This document shows positions 7,416-15,658 of a stretch of DNA of 64,000 bases, in pieces; the first letter of the stretch is position 1, and each line of letters starts with the position of its first letter. The notes below the pieces were generated by a model. It did no database searches, was not told the origin of the DNA, and worked only from the letters and a program-made list of their open reading frames with translations. Origin of the DNA: Lachnospiraceae bacterium (GTDB lineage Bacteria; Bacillota; Clostridia; Lachnospirales; Lachnospiraceae); the NCBI GenBank assembly GCA_021202465.1, contig JAJQCZ010000033.1, positions 18,616 through 82,615 on the forward strand. Direction: 5' to 3'. A program made the translations under genes and the position numbers.

Positions 7416-10187
7416 ATGAATTTTGGAAAAAATGGCGTGCGGAAACAGCTCCATGCCATTCAGTCCGATCGCAAAAGAATCCGCAGCAAATCCATCCTGA
7501 CGGTTGTGAAGGTGGTTCTCTTTGTGATCCTCTTTATTGCTGTCGTGGGGACAGCCGCCGTGTACGGCATCGTCCGCGGCATCATCGCCGAGGCGCCGGA
7601 TATCAGCACCCTCGACGTGACGCCGCAGGGCATCTCCACCGAGATCTATGATTCCGACGGCAATCTCATCGAGACACTGGTCACCTCCGGTTCCAACCGG
7701 GATCCCGTGACCTACGACGAGGTACCCGAGGACCTGGTCAACGCTTTCGTAGCCATTGAGGACTCCCGCTTCTGGACCCACAGCGGCGTGGACATCCGCG
7801 GCCTGCTGCGGGCCGCCGTACTGGGTGTGCAGAGCGGCTTCACGACCACGCAGGGCGCCAGCACCATTACACAGCAGCTTATCAAGAACAATGTCTTTGA
7901 CGGCGGCGCAGAGTCAAGTCTGGGCGCCAAGATCGTCCGTAAGGTGCAGGAACAGTATCTGGCCATCGAGCTGGAGAAGGTGATGTCCAAGGAAGACATC
8001 ATGATCAATTACCTGAACACCATCAACCTGGGATCCAACTGTCTGGGCGTACAGACTGCCGCGAAGCGGTATTTCGACAAGGATGTCAGTGAGCTCACCC
8101 TGTCTGAATGCGCGGTCATCGCCGGTATCACACAGAACCCCTCCGGCTACAATCCCATCACACATCCCGAAGCCAACGCCGAGAGGCGGGAGATCATCCT
8201 CCAGTATATGGAGGAACAGGGCTATATCACCGCCGCGGAGCGCGAGGAAGCCCTGGCCGATCCGGTCTATGAGCGCATTCAGGAAGTGAACAGTGAATAC
8301 GAGGAGACCGACGACTCGCCCTATTCCTATTTTGTTGACCGCCTGATCACCGAGGTCATCGAGGATCTCCAGACCAAGTGCGGCTACACCGAAGCTCAGG
8401 CCACGACACTGCTCTACAGCGGCGGCCTGCAGATTTACACCACGCAGGATTCCGACATTCAGACCATCGTAGATGAGGAAGTCTCCGACCCGGACAACTA
8501 CACGGAGGTGGATAACAAATATTCCTTCTCCTATACACTGAATATATCCCGGAACGGTGAGACCGTCTATTACACCGAGGACGACGTACAGGACTACTGC
8601 GGCAAATCCTCGATGAATTTCGATACGCAGGAGGAAATCGAGGAGCTGGTGGAGGCCTTCAAGGATGCAACGCTGGAGGACAGCGATGAGATCCTCACGG
8701 ACACCATTACCTACACGCTCCAGCCGCAGACCTCCGTCGTACTGATGGAGCAGTCCACCGGCTACGTCAAGGCGATTAGCGGCGGACGCGGCGAGAAGAC
8801 CGCCAGCCTGTCCCTGAACCGGGCCACCAGCACCAGACGCTCCCCCGGTTCCACCTTCAAGATACTGACAGCCTTTGCCCCGGCACTGGATTCCTGTGAT
8901 CAGACTCTGGCCAGCGTCTACTACGATGAGCCTTACACAGATACCTCCACAGGGAAGACCTTCCGGAACTGGTGGGGCGATTCATATGTAGGTTATTCCA
9001 ACATCCGTCAGGCCATCGTCTACTCCATGAACATCGTAGCGGTGAAGTGTCTCGTAGAGACAGTGACCCCGGAACTGGGATTTGAATACGCCCTGAATTT
9101 CGGTTTTAACACACTTTATGAGTCCAAAGAGATCAACGGACAGATCTACACCGATATCTCCTCCTCGCTGGCGCTGGGCGGACTGACTGACGGTGTCACC
9201 AACCTGCAGCTGACCGCAGCCTATGCGGCCATCGCCAACGGCGGCACCTACACTGAACCGATCTTCTACACGAAGATCCTGGACAGCGAGGGAAATGTTC
9301 TCATCGACAATGAGCCGGAGACAAAGCAGGTCATCAAGGAAACAACTGCATTCCTGCTGACCGATGCCATGGCGGACTCCCTGGAGTCCTCCTCTCTCTA
9401 CGGCCTGCACAGCTCTACCAGCACCGCAGCAGCTCTCGACGATATGTCCGCCGCCGGTAAGAGCGGAACCTCCACCGGCAGCACCGACCTGTGGTTCGTG
9501 GGCTACACCCCCTACTACACCATGGGTATCTGGAGCGGATTTGACGACAATTCCTCCATGTCTACCAATGAAAGTTCGTCCTACCACAAGGTCATCTGGA
9601 AGAAAATCATGGACCGGGTGGACGAGCTGGAAGATCTGGAGGACATCGGCTTTGAGGTGCCGGACGGAATCGTAGAGGTACAGATCTGCGCTAAATCCGG
9701 CAAGATCGCCAGGGAAGGCGTCTGCACCGCGGACAGCCGCAGCGGCATGGTCTACACAGAATACTTCATCGAAGGCACCGAGCCCACAGAGACCTGCGAC
9801 GTCCATTACACCTATCAGGTCTGCAGTGAGAGCGGCCAGAAAGCGACCCAGTACTGCCCGAGTGTTGTAAATAAGGTCTATATCCAGCTGCCCGATGAGA
9901 CCACCGGCACGACCGATGACGATAATTACACCCTTTCATCCAAAGCCCGACATAGCTGCTCCATCCATACCTCGGCACCCACGGAGGAGGAGACCACCGA
10001 GGAGGAAACCACCGAAGAAGGAGATCCGGACGCCGGGGAGGATGACTCCGGCGGAGACGGGGAGGACGACAGCGGCGGCGGGGAAGACAGCGGCGGAAAC
10101 GACACTGGCGGGGAAGATGATTCCGGAGGCGACGACTCCGGAGGAAATGACACCGAAGGGGAAGTCGCCCCCGAAAACAACGAGTAA
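7416..10187 (+). CDS. Class A penicillin-binding protein (PBP1A-type glycosyltransferase/transpeptidase) with an acidic repeat tail
   Basis: GT51 motifs EDSRFWTHSGVD and GASTITQQ. Transpeptidase motifs STFK, SMN and KSGT. N-terminal TM anchor. The C-terminus is rich in GGEDDSGG-type repeats. Confidence 0.92.
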   Translation: MNFGKNGVRKQLHAIQSDRKRIRSKSILTVVKVVLFVILFIAVVGTAAVYGIVRGIIAEAPDISTLDVTPQGISTEIYDSDGNLIETLVTSGSNRDPVTYDEVPEDLVNAFVAIEDSRFWTHSGVDIRGLLRAAVLGVQSGFTTTQGASTITQQLIKNNVFDGGAESSLGAKIVRKVQEQYLAIELEKVMSKEDIMINYLNTINLGSNCLGVQTAAKRYFDKDVSELTLSECAVIAGITQNPSGYNPITHPEANAERREIILQYMEEQGYITAAEREEALADPVYERIQEVNSEYEETDDSPYSYFVDRLITEVIEDLQTKCGYTEAQATTLLYSGGLQIYTTQDSDIQTIVDEEVSDPDNYTEVDNKYSFSYTLNISRNGETVYYTEDDVQDYCGKSSMNFDTQEEIEELVEAFKDATLEDSDEILTDTITYTLQPQTSVVLMEQSTGYVKAISGGRGEKTASLSLNRATSTRRSPGSTFKILTAFAPALDSCDQTLASVYYDEPYTDTSTGKTFRNWWGDSYVGYSNIRQAIVYSMNIVAVKCLVETVTPELGFEYALNFGFNTLYESKEINGQIYTDISSSLALGGLTDGVTNLQLTAAYAAIANGGTYTEPIFYTKILDSEGNVLIDNEPETKQVIKETTAFLLTDAMADSLESSSLYGLHSSTSTAAALDDMSAAGKSGTSTGSTDLWFVGYTPYYTMGIWSGFDDNSSMSTNESSSYHKVIWKKIMDRVDELEDLEDIGFEVPDGIVEVQICAKSGKIAREGVCTADSRSGMVYTEYFIEGTEPTETCDVHYTYQVCSESGQKATQYCPSVVNKVYIQLPDETTGTTDDDNYTLSSKARHSCSIHTSAPTEEETTEEETTEEGDPDAGEDDSGGDGEDDSGGGEDSGGNDTGGEDDSGGDDSGGNDTEGEVAPENNE

Positions 10188-10205
10188 GCATCGATATATC
10201 CCAAT

Positions 10206-10251
10206 GAAAGGAAGGCCGACAGGTAAACACATACCTATCAGCCTTCCTTTC
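10206..10251. terminator. Long hairpin between the convergent PBP gene and spoVAE
   Basis: GAAAGGAAGGC ... GCCTTCCTTTC 11-bp stem with an inner AGGTA/TACCT extension. There is no clear U-tract. Confidence 0.4.
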
Positions 10252-10343
10252 ATTTCCGCGCAATCCGATCAGGCACAGCTTCTCTTTATGATCCGCTGAC
10301 GTCGAAAAAACTCCCCGATCCTTCTCCGCGCGATCCGGCGCCG

Positions 10344-10700
10344 TTACTCCTTCATCTTCGGCTTAAAGACCAGCGAGGCCAGATAACCGAAGACCAGCGC
10401 TCCGCAGATACCGGCCGCAGCAGCGGCCAGTCCACCGGTGAAGATACCCAGGAAGCCGTCCGTATCTACGGCCTCGCGTGCCCCTTTCCACAGCGTATTG
10501 CCGAATCCCAGCAGCGGAACACCCGCCCCGGCACCGGCCCACTCCAGAAAAGGCGGATAGAGCCCCACCGCCCCCAGCACGGTCCCCAATACGACCAGTC
10601 CCACCATGATGCGCCCCGGCATCCATTTCGTCTTATCCATGAAGATCTGCACCACGGCACAGATCACGCCGCCCACCAGAAATGCCCTGATATACTCCAT
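10344..10700 (-). CDS. spoVAE: Stage V sporulation protein AE (SpoVAEb-type)
   Basis: 118-aa polytopic protein MEYIRAFLVGGVICAVVQ...GFGNTLWKGA, of the size and sequence type of SpoVAE, directly downstream of spoVAD. Confidence 0.85.
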   Translation of the reverse strand: MEYIRAFLVGGVICAVVQIFMDKTKWMPGRIMVGLVVLGTVLGAVGLYPPFLEWAGAGAGVPLLGFGNTLWKGAREAVDTDGFLGIFTGGLAAAAAGICGALVFGYLASLVFKPKMKE

Positions 10701-10710
10701 CTCGCCCTCC

Positions 10711-11715
10711 TCACACTCTCTCCAGCATCACCCCGTGGGCGATTCCGGGAATAGGCTGCCCCTCGTTGAAGCTGACTGTGGAGAGCAGCGCGCCGGTAGG
10801 AATAAAAAGGATCCTCTTCCAGCGCCCCTCCCGCATCCGTGGGAGAATCTGCGCGCACAGCGTCACCGCGGAGCAACCGCAGCCGCTGCCTCCCGCATGC
10901 GTATCCTGCCGCGCGGCATCGTAGATTTCAATCCCGCAGTCGCGGTGAAAACCCTCCAGACACACACCCTCCTCCTTCAGCAGGTCAATCAGCGCCTTCT
11001 GTCCCACCGTCCCCAGATCGCCGGTGTAGATCCAGTCATAATAATCCGGTGTGATGTCAAAATCAATCAGGTTCTGCATGATCAGATCGGCCGCGGCCGG
11101 CGCCATGGCCGCCCCCATATTCATGGAATCCTTCACCCCAAGGTCCACGATCCGACCCGGCGTCACTCCGGTGATCTTCACGGCCCCACCGGTATTTCCG
11201 AGGATGACCGCTCCGCAGCCTGTCACCGTCCAGGTGGTCGATTCAGGTCTCTGCGTACCATAGCCGAGAGGAAAACGGAATTCCTTCTCCGCTGAAGCGA
11301 AATGGCTGGAAGCCAGACACAGCACCCGCTCTGCATAGCCCGCCGCCTGTGTCATGGCGCCGAGGCAGAGCGCCTCTCCCATCGTCGAGCAGGCTCCATA
11401 GAGCCCAAAGAGCGGCAGCTGCAGGTCGATCAGACCGAAGGAGGTAGCGATCAGCTGCCCCAGCAGATCTCCGGCAAAGCTGTAACGAATCTCTTCCCGT
11501 GTCAGTCCCGCGGCCTCGATGGCAATCTGCGCCGCCCGCTTCTGCATAGCGCTCTCCGCCGCCTCCCAGCTGTCCTGTCCAAAAAGCGGATCCTCCGACA
11601 CCTCGTCAAAACACACCCCCAGAGGGCCTTCTCCCTCCTTCTGTCCCACAATACTCCCACTCCCCAGAATATGAGGCGGATTCTCGAATTCTATACTGGC
11701 CTTTCCCCGAATCAT
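10711..11715 (-). CDS. spoVAD: Stage V sporulation protein AD
   Basis: 334-aa thiolase-fold-like protein (GSGSIVGQKEGEGPL, LYGACST, GGSGCGCSA) typical of SpoVAD. Confidence 0.88.
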   Translation of the reverse strand: MIRGKASIEFENPPHILGSGSIVGQKEGEGPLGVCFDEVSEDPLFGQDSWEAAESAMQKRAAQIAIEAAGLTREEIRYSFAGDLLGQLIATSFGLIDLQLPLFGLYGACSTMGEALCLGAMTQAAGYAERVLCLASSHFASAEKEFRFPLGYGTQRPESTTWTVTGCGAVILGNTGGAVKITGVTPGRIVDLGVKDSMNMGAAMAPAAADLIMQNLIDFDITPDYYDWIYTGDLGTVGQKALIDLLKEEGVCLEGFHRDCGIEIYDAARQDTHAGGSGCGCSAVTLCAQILPRMREGRWKRILFIPTGALLSTVSFNEGQPIPGIAHGVMLERV

Positions 11716-11774
11716 CTCTTCCCTCCTGCTGTAGATTGATGGGAATAGTGTGGCGGATTCGTGGAGGTTTTATT

Positions 11775-11821
11775 CTGAAAAAGCAGCCCGCCAGATTACA
11801 TTCCTGTGCTGCAGCTTGAAA
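11775..11821. repeat. ~45-nt repeated motif, copy 1
   Basis: CTGAAAAAGCAGCCCGCCAGATTACATTCCTGTGCTGCAGCTTGAAA. It aligns with the copies at 12881 and 12951. Confidence 0.7.
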
Positions 11822-11877
11822 CAGTCGGAAAGAAATCTGACGGGATAGCGTTCACGATTCAATTCTGGATTTCATAA

Positions 11878-12750
11878 TCAGGCAGGAGACAGAGCAATCC
11901 AGTTTTTTACAAGATCAATGCTGACATTCGCATACTTAGCGATCAGATCCTCCGCCATGCCGTCTTTATGCATGTTGATCGCCATGTTCTTTGCATTCTC
12001 CATCTTGCCCTGCTCGATTCCCTGCTCAATTCCCTGCTCAATTCCCTGCCCGATTCCTTGTTCGATTCCCTGTTCATAAATCTTTTCTGCCACTTCGCAC
12101 ATTTCTTTGTAGCCTCCCTTCTCGGTCTTCAAATAGCGGACCCGTTCTGATAGCTCTCCCTGACTCATATCGTCCGGGTCTGCCTTCTTGAAATACTGCA
12201 TCATCTTCGCGACTTCACTGCCGTCGTCCACTGCTGCATTGACGAAGATTACGTGTTTTCCATCATCGTATGGAATCGCTGATTTCCCAAGGATTTTGTT
12301 TACCGGGTACACCGTTTCTCCGCCATGCCACAAGTCAGTCTCACTGATGTAGATGATATACACATCGGGGAATTCCTTATGTTCGGCGCCCTTGTCCAAA
12401 ACACTCTTATCAATCATGGATCCGTAATATCTTGTGCGCCTTGCATGGTCTTTCGTATCCCGCCTCTGGATTTCGATGTTCACCAGACGCCCCGTGCTGT
12501 CCTGGGCAAAGGCATCCAGGATCGCATCTTTTGCCGTCAGGTTCAGCAGACGATACTGGCTTTTCACATCAATAATCCGGATGTCAGCTCTGCCCAGGAT
12601 TTTACGGACCACATACTGACAGGCATCTATATCCTGTAACGCCACCGAAGCGAATGTATCGCTCAGCAAATTGAGCTTCCGCATGTTCTCCGCACCCTGT
12701 CGAATCGCGTCCATGCGGTTCTTCTGTTCCTGTTCCATAAACCTTCTCAC
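11878..12750 (-). CDS. Rpn-family PD-(D/E)XK nuclease / putative transposase (YhgA-like), copy A
   Basis: DAILDAFAQD...GRLVNIEIQRRD matches the D...E-x-Q nuclease core of the YhgA/Rpn (Transposase_31/PDDEXK_2) family. The C-terminal tail carries EQGI repeats. Confidence 0.8.
   Translation of the reverse strand: MRRFMEQEQKNRMDAIRQGAENMRKLNLLSDTFASVALQDIDACQYVVRKILGRADIRIIDVKSQYRLLNLTAKDAILDAFAQDSTGRLVNIEIQRRDTKDHARRTRYYGSMIDKSVLDKGAEHKEFPDVYIIYISETDLWHGGETVYPVNKILGKSAIPYDDGKHVIFVNAAVDDGSEVAKMMQYFKKADPDDMSQGELSERVRYLKTEKGGYKEMCEVAEKIYEQGIEQGIGQGIEQGIEQGIEQGKMENAKNMAINMHKDGMAEDLIAKYANVSIDLVKNWIALSPA
12007..12075 (-). repeat. In-frame 12-nt tandem repeat encoding (E/G)QGI, about 5.75 copies
   Basis: Protein tract EQGIEQGIGQGIEQGIEQGIEQG. 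Copy B has only EQGIEQGIEQG (14639-14671). Confidence 0.85.
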
Positions 12751-12880
12751 CTCTGATTATATAGTCTTGCAGTTGTTTTCGCAATACTATTTTGCCAGAG
12801 GAGTCTCCGAATGTCCACAAACAAAAAGTCACTGTTTTTCCATCACTTTTTGTCCACATTGCGTGCAGGCTTATGAAAAG

Positions 12881-12930
12881 CTGCGAAAAGCATCCCGCCA
12901 GGTCACTTTCCCGTACAGCTGCCTTAGTAC
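12881..12930. repeat. ~45-nt repeated motif, copy 2
   Basis: CTGCGAAAAGCATCCCGCCAGGTCACTTTCCCGTACAGCTGCCTTAGTAC. Confidence 0.7.
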
Positions 12931-12950
12931 AATAGAAACGAAACATACAG

Positions 12951-13003
12951 AAGCGGAAAAAGCATCCTGCCAGATCGTTTTCACGTGCTGCCGCCTTAAA
13001 TAG
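12951..13003. repeat. ~45-nt repeated motif, copy 3
   Basis: AAGCGGAAAAAGCATCCTGCCAGATCGTTTTCACGTGCTGCCGCCTTAAATAG. Confidence 0.7.
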
Positions 13004-13086
13004 TTGAAGCAAGACATAGCAGAACGGCTGTCAGCACGCAAATGAGATTTCCCATGTTGCTCCGTAATAAGTCCGAAACGACGAAA

Positions 13087-13114
13087 CAGCATCACCGTTT
13101 GACGGGTGATGCTG
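13087..13114 (-). terminator. Intrinsic terminator downstream of the adhesin fragment
   Basis: CAGCATCACC-gtttgac-GGGTGATGCTG with T-rich runs on both sides, about 30 nt past the stop at 13143. Confidence 0.65.
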
Positions 13115-13142
13115 CTTCGTTGTTTTCTTCAGGCTTTAGTTT

Positions 13143-14487
13143 CTACAGGAGCCATCTTCTCTTGCCATACAATGCCAGTGCGGCCAGGCTGCAGATGAAC
13201 AGGCCCAGGAACAGGAAGCGCCGTGTGCCGGTACCGCCGGAATTCGGCAGTTCATAACCAACCTTATTGGTGGCTGTCAGCGTAACGGTCGTCTCAAGGT
13301 TCTTCTGGGAGACGGTCTGCGCTTCGAAGCTCAGAAGGTAGCCGTCCGGAGCGGTGACCTCGACCAGGTAATACTCCTCGCCCCTTCTCAGGTTGCTCCA
13401 GGAAGCGACGCCGGAATCGTCCGTCGTTTGCACCTGATAGAGATACCAGGTCTTCTCTTTGTCGGTGCCCTCGTCGGTGGTCACGGTTGTTGTCGGCAGG
13501 GTGTCCAGCGCCAGCGCTTTGTACTCCTCGTCCGACATCTGGTCCACCTCATAGGGGCTGTACAGGGCGAACACCGCGCCGGAGAGCGTCACCGTGGAGG
13601 CGGACTCGCTCACCTTGGTCAGTCGTAGCGTCCAACTCTGCTCCTTGTTCACGCAGGTCAGTGTGATGTCTTTGGAGCTGTCATAGGTAAAGGTGTACTT
13701 GTTCACTGTCGTGGTGGTGTTCCAACTGACGAAATCGTAATCCGTGTTAGGGATCTCGATGATGGTGTATTTCGTCTTATCGGTCCAGGTCCACGCCGTT
13801 TCGGTTTTCGTTCCGGTGTAAGTCTCATCTTCCTTGTTATACGTGATGGTGTACTGATTCAGGTTGCCCATCAGGACGCTGTCAGACGCACTCTCACCGG
13901 CTTTCACCGTCACGGTTTCCATCGTGTAGGTGGTAATGTCCTTGGCATACAGCGCGGCCAGCAAATCGTCGAGGGTGTCGCCGGTCACTGCGGTATCTCC
14001 CTCATAAATCAGGAAGGTAAAATCAGTGCCAGCTTCCGCCGTTGTCGCAGTGGTACCGTCAGACTGGACCAGCTTTTTCACCAGACTGGGCGCCGTAGGC
14101 ACCTGCACACCGACCTTCCGAGGAGAGGCGGACAGGTCGCTGTCGATGCTGGCAGCCGAGTAGAGGTAACCAAAGCTGTTGTACGCGCTCTCACCGGCGG
14201 ACATCGTATCGCTGTCGATGGTCGCGTCAAAGGTCACGGTCACGGTGGCGTTAGCCGGGATGTAGTCGCCCGCATCGTAGGCTCCATCTCCATCCGCGTC
14301 GTCGTTCAAAATGAAGATGATGCGGAAGGAGCGAACGGTTTCGTCTTCGAGGATATCATCCAGTGAGTCGTACCAGCCCTCAGTCGTTATCGTATACAGG
14401 TCGTCCTCGCTCACGATCTCGTCGCTGCCAGTGGTCAGGATCTCGCTGCCAAACAGTCGTAAAGAAACACGGCGGGCTGACGTCTGC
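13143..14487 (-). pseudogene. N-terminally truncated LPXTG adhesin fragment, paralogous to the last ~420 aa of the giant adhesin
   Basis: The open frame runs only from about 14487, and the track start at 14414 is a GTG. There is no signal peptide or RBS. It aligns with the C-terminal part of ORF 15659..25117 (VGVQVP(T/S)APSL(V/T)KKLV, GAVFALYS, YYLVEV(T/K)APDGY). It ends with LPNSGGTG, a TM helix and KRRWLL. Confidence 0.75.
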
Positions 14488-14491
14488 TATT

Positions 14492-15464
14492 TTGTTCTAA
14501 ATTTTACAATCAGGCAAGAGACAGGGCAATCCAGTTTTTCACAAGATCAATGCTGACATTCGCATACTTAGCAATCAGATCCTCCGCCATGCCGTCTTTA
14601 TGCATGTTGATCGCCATGTTCTTAGCCTTCTGCATCTCGCCCTGCTCGATTCCCTGCTCGATTCCCTGTTCATAAATCTTTTCTGCTACTTCGCACATTT
14701 CTTTGTAGCCTCCCTTCTCGGTCTTCAAATAGCGGACCCGTTCTGATAGCTCTCCCTGACTCATATCGTCCGGGTCTGCCTTCTTGAAATACTGCATCAT
14801 CTTCGCGACTTCACTGCCGTCGTCCACTGCTGCATTGACGAAGATTACGTGTTTTCCATCATCGTATGGAATCGCTGATTTCCCAAGGATTTTGTTTACC
14901 GGGTACACCGTTTCTCCGCCATGCCACAAGTCAGTCTCACTGATGTAGATGATATACACATCGGGGAATTCCTTATGTTCGGCGCCCTTGTCCAAAACAC
15001 TCTTATCAATCATGGATCCGTAATATCTTGTGCGCCTTGCATGGTCTTTCGTATCCCGCCTCTGGATTTCGATGTTCACCAGACGCCCCGTGCTGTCCTG
15101 GGCAAAGGCATCCAGGATCGCATCTTTTGCCGTCAGGTTCAGCAGACGATACTGGCTTTTCACATCAATAATCCGGATGTCAGCTCTGCCCAGGATTTTA
15201 CGGACCACATACTGACAGGCATCTATATCCTGTAACGCCACCGAAGCGAACGTATCGCTCAGCAAATTGAGCTTCCGCATGTTCTCCGCACCCTGCCGGA
15301 TCGCGTCCATACGGTTCTTCTGTTCCTGTTCCATAAACCTTCTCACCTCTAATTATATAGTCTTGCAGTTGTTTTCGCAATACTATTTTGCCAGAGGAGT
15401 TCCCGAATGTCCACAAACAAAAAGTCACTGTTTTTCCATCACTTTTTGTCCACATTGCGTGCGG
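14492..15464 (-). repeat. Duplicated ~1 kb segment, copy B
   Basis: See copy A. The first 225 codons give an identical protein sequence. Confidence 0.85.
14510..15346 (-). CDS. Rpn-family PD-(D/E)XK nuclease / putative transposase, copy B
   Basis: 278 aa, identical to copy A over residues 1-225. It has a shorter EQGI tract and a few C-terminal substitutions. Confidence 0.8.
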   Translation of the reverse strand: MRRFMEQEQKNRMDAIRQGAENMRKLNLLSDTFASVALQDIDACQYVVRKILGRADIRIIDVKSQYRLLNLTAKDAILDAFAQDSTGRLVNIEIQRRDTKDHARRTRYYGSMIDKSVLDKGAEHKEFPDVYIIYISETDLWHGGETVYPVNKILGKSAIPYDDGKHVIFVNAAVDDGSEVAKMMQYFKKADPDDMSQGELSERVRYLKTEKGGYKEMCEVAEKIYEQGIEQGIEQGEMQKAKNMAINMHKDGMAEDLIAKYANVSIDLVKNWIALSLA

Positions 15465-15579
15465 TTTGCCGCTGCGGATGAAGTCTTCGCAGGCGGTTTT
15501 CCGGCGGGATCAGAGCAGCGCAGCGGCGTAACATTAGGATTTATCAAGACTTCAACCTGCATTACTAAATATGCAGCAA

Positions 15580-15611
15580 GGGAGCAGCGCCGTTTCTATC
15601 GCGCTGCTCCC
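15580..15611 (-). terminator. Intrinsic terminator of the giant adhesin gene
   Basis: GGGAGCAGCGC-cgtttctat-GCGCTGCTCCC perfect 11-bp stem, about 50 nt past the stop at 15659. Confidence 0.7.
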
Positions 15612-15658
15612 TGCTTTCTGATCAGGACTTATATAGTTCCCTTCTGTTCAGATACTTT

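Larger units (their letters stand above)
11860..12868 (-). repeat. Duplicated ~1 kb segment, copy A (Rpn gene plus both flanks)
   Basis: Near-identical to 14492-15464 apart from a 36-nt indel in the 12-nt repeat tract and scattered substitutions. The similarity extends about 118 nt upstream and about 18 nt downstream of the CDS. Confidence 0.85.

Noticed and set aside
11716-11877. Sigma-G/sigma-F type forespore promoter for spoVAD
   Set aside because: Only weak partial matches are present (GAATC ... CATCAAT). That is not sufficient to annotate a promoter.
12007-12075. CRISPR-like arrays (12-nt repeats here and at 14639-14671, 30-nt repeats at 31525-31692, ~72-nt repeats at 24599-24958)
   Set aside because: All are contiguous in-frame coding tandem repeats without unique spacers, and no cas genes are present.
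12602-13012. 136-aa and 110-aa ORFs (both strands) upstream of Rpn copy A
   Set aside because: They are generated by the ~45-nt repeated motif (repeated ARENDLAGCF peptide) and by the duplicated promoter region. There is no coding signal.
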